Source: Candidatus Nomurabacteria bacterium (lineage in GTDB: Bacteria > Patescibacteriota > Minisyncoccia > Phycocordibacterales > UBA5272). Taken from it: a DNA stretch of 64,000 nt. This document shows positions 40,001 to 42,729 of this stretch, piece after piece (the first letter of the stretch is position 1; each line of letters starts with the position of its first letter). A program made the position numbers and the translations under genes. Location: the NCBI GenBank assembly GCA_029288775.1, contig JARIGQ010000004.1, positions 3,303 to 67,302 of the forward strand. The letters are read 5' to 3'. The notes beneath the pieces were generated by a model, which was not told the DNA's origin, did no database searches, and saw only the letters and a list, made by a program, of their open reading frames with translations.

Positions 40001-42591
40001 CAATCGGTACAAGTTCTCTTGCCACGACACCGTCATTCCTTACTATTTTTGGTTCATCGACACTTCAATCCACAAACCTCTTTACTCTTGCATCGTCTAC
40101 TGGAGCTTCACTCTTTACCGTGACATCTGCAGGAAACGTAGGGATTGGTACCACTACTCCAGGTTCACTTCTCTCGGTACAAGGTGATGGATACTTTGGG
40201 GGTAACCTTACTGCCACGGGTACCATTACTTCACTTTCTGCAGGAAATAACTACTTTGCAGGAAACGTAGGCATCGGTACAACCACTCCAGCTAGAGTAT
40301 TGGAAGTTTTTGGAACATTTAATGTCGGCACGTCTTCACTCAGTCAGATTTTTGCAGATACTTCATCTAGACAAGTAGGTATTAACGCGACATCATCTTC
40401 TCTTATTTCCAACTCAAGCCTTACGATAGGTGCAACATCTTCTCTTTCTACAGGTATCTCAATAACAGGCATTACTCAAGGTACCGGATTTTCAGCCGCT
40501 TCCATTACAAGTGGTACTGCCCTAACTGCAAGCAACTTATCTACTGGAACAGGATTCAATCTTCCGGCTTTGACCTCAGGAACAGGAATAAATATTGGTT
40601 CATCTAACAATATATCTACCGCAAAGGGCTTAACCTTTAGCACTGCAAGCGGTGGCATGACTACGGCTTCTGCTATTAACATTACTGGTTCAGCTGCGAT
40701 GAACGCTGATTACTCAGGAGCACTTATCAATCTCGACTCAGTACGTAGCGTGTCCGTTGCTTCCACACGTTTCCATTCAGGAAATATGATGAAAATTGCT
40801 CCACAATACGGAGTTAACGGTTCCGGTTCTGCAACGCTTCTAGTTTCTGGTACTACTACCATGATTACCCGTACACTTAGTAACGCTTCCACAGGAGCAA
40901 CTTCATCCCTTCAAATCACTGCACCACTTTTCTCTCTCGCCAATCTTTGGAGCGGAAATACAGGTACTACAACAGACTCAAGCGCACTCTTTGATCTTTA
41001 TCAAGGCTTCGCAACATCTACTGGTACGCTTCTCCGTGCAAATAGCTTGGGGTCAGGTGCTCTTGCAACATTTGTAGGTTCTGGTAACTTCGGTATCGGC
41101 ACCTCCACACCTACGGCTAAGCTCGATGTATACGGAACAGGTTCTGCTCAGCCATTCCGTGTCTCTTCATCAACTAGCGCATCTCTCTTCGAAGTAGAAT
41201 CAAATGGAAACGTGGGTATCGGTACTACAACGCCTGGTTCACTTCTCTCCGTAAATGGTGATGGATACTTCGGAGGTAACCTTACTGCAACTGGTACGCT
41301 TTCGATCCTTAACAACTCTTCATTTACCGGAGCTGTTAACGCCTCTTCTACATTTGCTGTAACAGGAAATGCAACATTTTATGGCGCGATCAACGTTTCC
41401 GGTTTAGCAACTTTTGCAAACGCTTCAACAACCAACCTTTCGGTTGCTGCAGCTAGCTACTTCGGTGGAAACACAAGCGTTATGGATCAGAATGGAAACC
41501 TCGGGTTAGGTACAACTACTCCTGGACTTGCGCTCGATATCTGGACTGCGACAACTTCAACGATTGACATGCTTCGCATCGGAAGCGGAAATGGTATTGC
41601 GTTCCGTGTAGATTCTGCTGGCAATATTTTCTCAAATGGTGCAACGACAATCGGTGCTCCTGCTGACGTTGCGGAAAGTTATCCTGCACTTGAAGCTGTG
41701 GATGCGGGTACGGTGGTTGCATTTGGAACATCTACCGTCGCTTGGAGTTCGACTCGTGGAAGCGCGACATCGACCGCATCTTCATCGGATGTATACCAAA
41801 TCTCAGGCATCAAGAAGGCTCGTGATCAGTTCGAGGCAATCGGAATCGTGTCTACTCGCCCAGGACTTCACATTGGTGCGGATGTACAAAATGGCGTACC
41901 GGTAGCACTTGCTGGACGTGTACCGGTAAAGGTTACGGATGAAAACGGCGCGGTCAAGGCTGGAGATTTCCTTACCGTATCTCTTACTCGCCCCGGATAC
42001 GCTATGAAGCTTACTGGCGAAGGAAAGTCTATCGGACGTGCTATCTCAGACTACGTTCCAGGAAATGACAAAGTAATCGCGTATGTGGAGAATGGTTACC
42101 AGAAGGTTGATATGAATGGCAAGTCTGCTACGACGACAAACATGCTCACAACTGGAAACGTAGACCTTAATGCAAATGGCGTTGCGATCTACAACATCAA
42201 GAGCCTCGCGTCTGCATCCGGTGCATGGTCAATTTCTGAAGACGGTCGCATCATTGCAAAGGTAATCTGTCTTGAGGATGTATGTATCAATAAGGATCAG
42301 CTTACGAAGATCTTGAACTCCACAGGACAGACGGGAATGGTTGCAGGAACTAGTACTACAAGTAGCCCAGTAGATACAGTAAATACAATAGGCAATGGGA
42401 CGAGTACGGATGCGGTAAGTACAGTAGATACAGGCAACACTGAAACTACTGCATCTACTTCTCCTACTGCGTCCACTGGTTCTACTGGGTCGACTGCATC
42501 TACTGAAACCACTGGACCTACTGGGTCTGCTGAAACTACTGCACCCTCCGCTCCGGTATCGGTAGCGCCAAGTGACACTCAGACCCCATAA
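19096..42591 (+). CDS. Giant (7,831-aa) secreted/surface repeat protein, putative adhesin or fibre
   Basis: One uninterrupted ORF. It has an N-terminal signal/TM segment (HIALFVFSGLIFASSTAFAFAA), a Thr/Asn-rich repeat stalk, about 60 copies of a GxVGIGTTTPxxKLxVxG module, a globular C-terminal domain and a Thr/Ser/Gly tail. The extended ORF begins at 19027. Confidence 0.85.
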   Translation: MSKLSNSGFRKVLSRVANHIALFVFSGLIFASSTAFAFAALSYSAPRQPFASFKFAHTFSLSELSPQAVASKVFALSYTLPSVAQNVASLSRPLVASIPTDLGSGVTLADTLPVLALSLPVIPAGIPQAIAHEIATISLPQISLNIPALAVRPIDEHAVVLSGTEDRSIGVAGTGLTLVGGITPEDVVPHVLTSTTFTLSALSSKFATFTPPHASLALLPVTSKQGMVLGVSTTNTALAQTKKTLPLIDKLSLALYCSFTKNNVDRTRCNYDAIADGSIPVSTASSVAATTPAAIPATPSNLFTSNDQGVASPTFITKYITQYVGVPGTPGRDGKDGVNGVTSTVNGILPPAGLGSYIIPSYSSPSTAIGISTIGYLKDTTIENPTITQGTAVNLSLTTPILNSPTLKDAVFTGLSLFTSPASFTSTVAINSLTATSSVITNASTTNAYIANLFVDAATSTNSYVSQLVAASSTLSDAVITNSTTTNAYIANLVAASSTLTDLIATNAAFTNSTTTNAFISSLALVNGSTTNSTTTNSYITNLFTHNATTTNAIITNSTTTNAYITSLAAASTTIDDLVTTRATSTALFANLLSAIDTFITNLTATNLTATNATVANATTTNSTTTNAYVANLSTDNATTTNAYVTNLTASSTTIGDLITTRATSTAFFSTLLSAIDTFITNLTAINLNATNATIANATTTNSTTTNAYIENLSVGTSSATSLTIGGDLSVGGTSTFATTSSTYAAIDTASTTNLSGTNFWSTLATIISATITNLIATNATTTNATSTNFYASNGVIDNATTTNLFTQTLSVGNGYIQGDQSVQGSFNVAGTSTLGSNVFLNGNVVIGTSSNELLTVNSLINSDVTPAQNKVYDLGTPSFYWRTLYADSINVNSISAASTTISGTSNNSFTINSDNNTNDLEDSQLVFYRGLVTPNAILRWNSALSRLEANQSFKIQNETPSVGTTTLTVQAGAGQGTTNLFELLDNSGSKLAMFNSQGWLGIGTSSPVAALDVNGPIKSGGDVKNVLNINDKGSGNLQSTLRILTNIPYADGLQALDAITITGYDWRNSKPLSLRLVFYIFGGNFIQYGASSQGGLAPRISLGNVNGKVAILLDRSSGGGGGDWAFSTLSVDVMNNNNLWTQSDLSGWSYDYGNLSGASNVVALSYSSQLGNASTTGLTATNIFSTTLAVTGTSTFGTNGSNVGIGTTSPQATLEVAGAAAGLTVNRTHVQCGASIGLVNNSNVSNSWSFKNSDSPCTPGTLGNLYFIQNSTEKMVLTSGGVLGIGSTTPSLKLTVQGAAYIGGNIVATGTLSLGTSTLFTTSAGNVGIGTSTPLAKFAIVDSNQTSTSSSGAVGMANANLSIFTNQFGQDFGGSVGFGGYQGSSGQQTLFGQISGRKENASDPNARGYLAFSTLGTGAGVAYPFAERVRISSDGSLVINSNGYDATSTKLLIVKGSASQAVNLQEWQNSFGTALSVVDASGNLGLGTSTPGSKLSVQGSAYIGGNFTATGTLTTLGTGSSSIAGALGVGIASPSYFLDVVPPSGTAVDLFRVASSTSPGGALVVKNNGSVGIGTTTPLNTLVVSGPALGGITIDRGNSNSPNLTFSSNGTTILSQIRGVIGGGMAFTSSSLTEWGHFDASGNFGIGTSSPASPLHVYSNSSNAYIITDTSGTNNTGVQFRRDNTIKWQLFSDSLDNFGIFDGTNKIATIQRGAPANSLFVLANGNVGVGTSTPGSKLSVQGDSYLAGNVTATGTLTVLTSGTSRIGSVSRYVTMFDNGSGQVELAFNGSDANASRISTDNNDLWIRPATGVIGIAAGTTSPRLKIGSISSGWGMQTTLAAPMNFESLSVDINTNPFVFNRVGAWGGNPNVKLFKVQDAGNDVFSVGGVLNAINGLTVGPSATSGMVSLTAVGLDTNIPFAINAKGSGSINIGGTSTGNIVLATGGGSVAIGTSSPSSQLEVSGGAASSYLTLSTNSGVQATGIKLVASGTTTNWIIGSQGGAVTNLQFVSGAGNSLTLDSTANMVFSNTNNHSISIAQNSATNIPGKQLTVSAGNAALGLATNFDGGTLVLAAGQSTGTGTGKIQFQTSPAGSSGTATNTLITAMTILGGGNVGIGTSTPGSLFSVQGNSYIGGNETATGTLTVLGTGNSSFAGNVGIGTTTPGNPLVITASGVTSSLFSIASSTGANLVQLASDGVTGSSLFNASTGENRFNINPNGQYVRVSGAGVYGWSPSTNAGVSADTGLSRISAGVVAVGNGTTGSAAGTLVAGAIGIGTTTPSAKLMIDGTIANTNSGQGLVISATNGTTVGPRLAIFPNGNASAAIQTLVNGALNFLSSAGNVNMTIADATGNVGIGTSTPGSRLSVQGDSYFGGNLTATGTITSLSAGNSYFAGNIGIGTSSPTHALTFASTSSGIAFYNTSDQTTNYERFVEAWNPSNNTFNLFQSFGGSAANRSVRLGIAGGAGATAPDSYLDVVSNGTFNFRSANPAATTYTTLGLGALQNASSYNQTTVAITPTINQSGTGSYTALLINPTETGVGSGNNYLINAQVGGSTRMVLTNTGNLGIGTTTPLSKFVIDSGSAVIRGTNNNLQVVDNGTGRSFVFGVAGTSGGFFNNATIGDSILRASTGNKMMLGIDNGTGNAAPVLTISGTNVGIGTTTPGRYLTIQAVAGSSAGFDLADPNTNQVWSFINGTTGSPVGAGNFAIYDTTNQATRMVVSNAGNVGVGTTTPGSLLSVQGNGYFGGNLTATGTLSVLGSATSTFAGAVGIGTTTPSYNLSVVGNTYTSGSINFGGAGNNNLGVLSQVGTNDTYLSNHLHTQFGLWVRSTDTNRVKGMDQSSGNSSNLGLYVNFGEKMTIDTNGNVGIGTTTPGSKLSVQGDAYIGGNVTATGTFAIGTSTLFTNTAGQVGIGTTNPSYRLDVRTTGAATGLAIWDGSNGSIFGRFGITRVGATANTFSFINYPSYAFDATTTISSGNFGIGTTTPGSKLAVQGDGYFGGNLTATGTITALGGFTNFGSTTLTDASSTNLTATNFWSTLANLVTANITNASTTNLSATGATFGDASITNTLTVASNTSLATTTISGYLGVGTTSPSQLLTVGNNNQFTVSSTGTVAISSAGQLSFTGGSIWPIITRNTATGGLILNTQNAVTSSNSLLSIRTNGGSDAFTLLADGRLGLGTSTPASKLTIISPDNSQGTSIVAAYANNLTQGTSLRYDGLYAIGSNSSVDVRLVPQGVGRVLIPNGNVGIGTSTPLSVLHIEGTNSSAGGITLTSSAGNVNRFQIFPLGSISTAFKNMGGGDTQFQNSAGTAQLSIQTSTGNVGIGTTTPGSLLSVQGDSYFGGNVTATGTLSVLGSATSTFAGAVGIGTTTPQWKLSVEDPTSAFITLNNSTGNAGTFAGVRFQIAGKDRYTAALNAGGDQIYSRFNASGAYQNDVLALKSTGDVAFNTNQLYVTNATGNVGIGTSTPGTNLVVGNSGAFTVNSSGQVTTGSTLTMAGSNNAITAYNGIGGSGIFGLSRQNDVANASLQIAAYGGIGFTVNSAGGSITPASTSSSMFIATSGNVGIGTTTPTKSLSVINSSLGGDQLLLGSTGTANPAFLQMGVADTGSNTTVDLSAINNASQNAYVRLFRQTNTIGSKVFQILKGDGTANADTQITVAGTTFFNLGGGNVGVGSSSPVGRLAVTGSGLSNGIAFQITDASNTPRFTLQDNGTTTFGQLATNTNAILLSSQNGTLSEVYDNSDMRWSLDSNGSVRYGLSAGGTSQLGTLRLGSGGSVSPSSYSYITGGGAGQAQLNFFVGSTSSPSITLTNSGKVGVGTTSPVDPFHVIGNGRFMTSGSSEYLTVGTYDSNNAYLRYATFNVSRFVTGVDASDGKYKIGTGNDFSATKFAIDTNGNVGIGTTSPISVLHIVASNATISLQSTTTNGFSGQNMYDSNGNLAASFQYGNSAASVFPNAMFLGTRIANAPVIFISGGSASGGSTNERMRIDSNGNVGIGTSTPSYPLDVSGFINTDKNSGYKMDGLTVLYSTSTQQSVFVGQGAGAGIVSSAATTSVLRNTAMGYLALNLATSTGSNTAFGARTLSNVQSGAQSFNGTANTAVGAGSGFSVTTGFGNSSFGESSGGAVTTGAANTSLGYRAGNNITTGSNNVAVGGFTTAVGALFSNQTGSNNVAVGAAALAGTTSVSISSNTAVGHLAGFNMQGNNNTLLGYQAGYDMSTGSQNIVVGYYPTTNVGITTGSNNILIGQDLRTGLSQTGSNQLNIGNLIFATGLGSGSTLSTGNVGIGTSTPGQKLDVVGNIRLTGTGSNSIEFYDSTNAANGPQVLSSITGINTVNHGSGALQFFTAMNNTLTEAMRIDRTGNIGMGTTSPGSKLSVQGDGYFGGNLTATGTLNVLGTGSSTFASDLTVNGDNGRIYGNYLFTDPGSAGSTTLRLGTQGVARLLLSSADATFTGNIIPNGDNTKTLGTLAARFNGLNIGTGNSTFAGNVGIGTTTPNQKLVISGTSLSATQPEISLYNTGSGGIGWSLISTDNNNSALGGKFAILPTGGSSVVAPFIISGNNVGIGTSTPGSKLSVNGDSYLAGNVTATGTLNVLGTGTSTFVGALGVGVANPNAVFHVSSPTSTSNVVARIDNTSGSYGWLFQNAGGTTSRIALYGMDNTGAQTLRLDPAAASYFNGGNVGIGTTTPGSLLSVQGNGYFGGNVAATGTLAIGTSTLYTTAQGNVGIGTTTPLSTLYVEGSSPVLTVSSTGGRQITIAPATGAIDSVNSALHFNRFSSQAVSIGFSSASHLRVGQAPENSFGNTALLYIGNTETGTPGFVLDKAPGQTSDILQVRSATTTTGDIFTIKSNGNVGIGTTTPSQLLTVGNNNQFTVTSAGAVNIPSGNLYALTMTTGAIANNNSNTYANLVFGNAGLTASRNVADSNPSLIVNQANASSTGDILDLQAAGITKVAFAQNGNVGIGTTSPLYALEVASSSAFGVPSATQAPILIRGGASGTAMLTFTRTVGATAQYSWALAGGGLSFSDDLNGGVTTNVFGDNNINQLYIGQRSRITDTSGKPSLLAGQSYSNLAGSDINAGLFTIRGGLGNGAGTPGDITFETGNVLATGSTPQSATRRMTILANSGNVGIGTTTPGSLLSVQGNGYFGGNFTATGTITSLGTATSSFVGALGVGTSTQSYKFAVMGTNGIGVDTESAGGSAVGLVSINNATIRLNTANFVQLEGTQGTRFTNNGASVEYGRITSAGLGIGTTTPGSKLSVQGDSYLAGNVTATGTLNMLGTSSSTIAGALSIGTTSAPAALLDVGGNTRIGLNTISFLGTATISSQGQININSGSTRDIQLNTNTGNFSVLGNGNSNNFTVLGSNGNVGIGTSSPSYKLEVNGAANIRVATDQNMRFGSNSNGAFLATYLDTQASFNTIQLYGSTILLNPNAGGNVGIGTTTPLGSKLAVQGDGYFGGNLTATGTLTVLSSALFGGNVLPNVTNTYDLGSASARWNNLFVNNFTASSSVADYFTAASTTATSTFNGNVVIGSGSFAYDASSTQTTISNLAIGNLAFDQDAGQVSWVDLPISGATATGTIMSYTSQLGGNNMLTVYGEHDGQGGIQNPRFGFGTTTPTSYFHIAATGTNPFFTVGTSTNQGLFTILSNGYVGLGTSTPSSNLYIQGSDVTPNLTVASSSGATQFTVLANGNVGIGTSTPGSKFSVTGDSYFGGNVYATGTLTSVGAITSSTATASSSIAGGLKIASGGLGSLQNGLTVGNTTGLNHTVDIGATGMATLRLSDSGGRSITFGSNRNSYDAISGTAAFVGVQDGGSLLLRATQGTSNHVILQPGATGTVYAIGQSFAVVPNPSATYSALFNVGTGSSTQQLVAVATTTNAGIFNILANGAVGIGTTTPTTPLTVVGNSSFFPSTNGVVTIASASWNANAPLKMGQIGSSGAIQFARASDGNGVASIGYASGTNSTDFRIGSNGGFGTINFDVAGVNSVMTLDSNSRVGIGTTSPGSLFSVQGNGYFGGNITATGTITSLATGTSTLNGNLSLAYQTGIFTTSNGTSTLLQVTRSDGTQPGLFRTNGWRDFTVSGAFGVGYDLATTTGSAGAGNLLVSGNIGIGTTSPAAALHLTGSSNMALRIQSSGVNGYAELKNASVNGSPSQLNVSSDNNDDTQPAFTINAFRTTGGVVGNLNAAKSLLSVAASGTSVFDIKQSGNVGIGTSTPQSALEITGANKKLTFSLATTTTTFSQIYNDGNNLNIWSQSNSGSLINFQVNAQTLSLAPNLFGASNYWGFDGQTVTGRDFGIRSGAGMIFTTNTRNFASPALYLASSSAIALIGVGTSSPSATLFVQGSASSTLNPFAVASSSGTNLFTINPSGNVAIGMTPVSAGLVINGIDNGAGGSPTGAGGLRVYRPNSGSQYISLDYSDGSQGYLTANGDKGFNLVNYGSSTGNNIRIVNNYANASVSNGIFVSTSNNVGIGTTTPGSLFSVQGNAYVGGNVTATGTLTTLGTATSSVMGSLVIGTSTMTSVAGQLDVFASAAGVGSYIRGNNPSNSNNLVLGIANGFNIAPTAMTGFYNDSGNNVGLRFLDTNGAVSRAKIGTNSDTYFAVGLGNVGIGTSTPGSKFSVTGDSYFGGNITATGTLNVFNNIRISGSGNGLYFPDGTFMGTAAGTSTGITSPTDLALAADNDTDGSGVLTFSTFGLERMRVLNNGSIGIGTTSPAGLLGVNGDGYFGGNLTATGTLFSSNIDTDANNATLRLKTQGITRLTIDNSNTQFNNNAIPNVDNTRSLGSLSARWNSLNIGTGTSTFAGAVGIGTTTPAEALEVANGNIQIGFNQFLKGRSASGASFNLIGVNSSGNTTVGNLNHLIFIASGAERARIDGPTGNFGIGTTSPGSLLSVQGNGYFGGNLTATGTITGASTITASGQITSGNIGFQTIGNGNGTWFGRQLTITGGTYIVSAANGTTFNSATTSFNGAVAIGTSSLATTPSFLTIFGSSTLQSTNLFTLASSTGASLFTVTSAGNVGIGTTTPGSLLSVQGDGYFGGNLTATGTITSLSAGNNYFAGNVGIGTTTPARVLEVFGTFNVGTSSLSQIFADTSSRQVGINATSSSLISNSSLTIGATSSLSTGISITGITQGTGFSAASITSGTALTASNLSTGTGFNLPALTSGTGINIGSSNNISTAKGLTFSTASGGMTTASAINITGSAAMNADYSGALINLDSVRSVSVASTRFHSGNMMKIAPQYGVNGSGSATLLVSGTTTMITRTLSNASTGATSSLQITAPLFSLANLWSGNTGTTTDSSALFDLYQGFATSTGTLLRANSLGSGALATFVGSGNFGIGTSTPTAKLDVYGTGSAQPFRVSSSTSASLFEVESNGNVGIGTTTPGSLLSVNGDGYFGGNLTATGTLSILNNSSFTGAVNASSTFAVTGNATFYGAINVSGLATFANASTTNLSVAAASYFGGNTSVMDQNGNLGLGTTTPGLALDIWTATTSTIDMLRIGSGNGIAFRVDSAGNIFSNGATTIGAPADVAESYPALEAVDAGTVVAFGTSTVAWSSTRGSATSTASSSDVYQISGIKKARDQFEAIGIVSTRPGLHIGADVQNGVPVALAGRVPVKVTDENGAVKAGDFLTVSLTRPGYAMKLTGEGKSIGRAISDYVPGNDKVIAYVENGYQKVDMNGKSATTTNMLTTGNVDLNANGVAIYNIKSLASASGAWSISEDGRIIAKVICLEDVCINKDQLTKILNSTGQTGMVAGTSTTSSPVDTVNTIGNGTSTDAVSTVDTGNTETTASTSPTASTGSTGSTASTETTGPTGSAETTAPSAPVSVAPSDTQTP
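20068..20118 (+). other. Short collagen-like G-X-Y x5 segment within the giant protein
   Basis: GVPGTPGRDGKDGVNGV. Confidence 0.4.
20392..21252 (+). repeat. Asn/Thr-rich 11-residue-periodic repeat region including a ~240-bp tandem duplication
   Basis: Repeats of the NSTTTNAYI[AT]NL type; two near-identical ~80-aa units (DDLVTTRATSTALFANLLSAIDTFITNLTATNLTATNATVANATTTNSTTTNAYVANL...) spanning 20800-21240. Confidence 0.8.
22090..41545 (+). repeat. Array of about 60 degenerate coding repeats (GNVGIGTTTPGSKLSVQGDGYFGGNLTATGTL modules with variable spacers)
   Basis: The motif recurs at irregular 50-150 aa intervals. Many copies share about 90 % nucleotide identity over about 150 bp (for example 27280-27430 versus 29060-29210). 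Confidence 0.85.
41485..42330 (+). other. C-terminal globular domain of the giant protein (tail-fibre C-terminal / intramolecular-chaperone-like), followed by a T/S/G-rich tail
   Basis: Non-repetitive segment ADVAESYPALEAVDAGTVVAF...GIVSTRPGLHIGADVQNGVPVALAGRVPVKVTDENGAVKAGDFLTVSLTRPGYAMK..., similar in architecture to the C-terminal domains of phage or bacterial tail-fibre-like proteins. Confidence 0.45.
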
Positions 42592-42623
42592 TAGGAGGAG
42601 GGGAGAGGGGATAGCGGAAACGG

Positions 42624-42708
42624 TAATTTCAGTACATTACAGTACAATACAGTAATCAGTGGATGTGATAGAAGATAGTAACAAGTACATGCAGTAAATA
42701 CAGTGAAT
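42624..42708. repeat. Intergenic CAGTA-array element A (CAGTA arm only)
   Basis: CAGTA at 42630, 42640 and 42650 (exact 10-bp phase), CAGTG at 42657, CAGTA at 42692 and CAGTG at 42701. Confidence 0.7.
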
Positions 42709-42729
42709 GCTAGGCGCAGGAAATATAAC

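Noticed and set aside
22090-41545. Periodic repeats of the giant gene as a possible CRISPR array
   Set aside because: The repeats are in frame, protein-coding and degenerate, with variable-length coding spacers and no cas genes. The CAGTA intergenic arrays likewise lack the unique-spacer structure of CRISPR.
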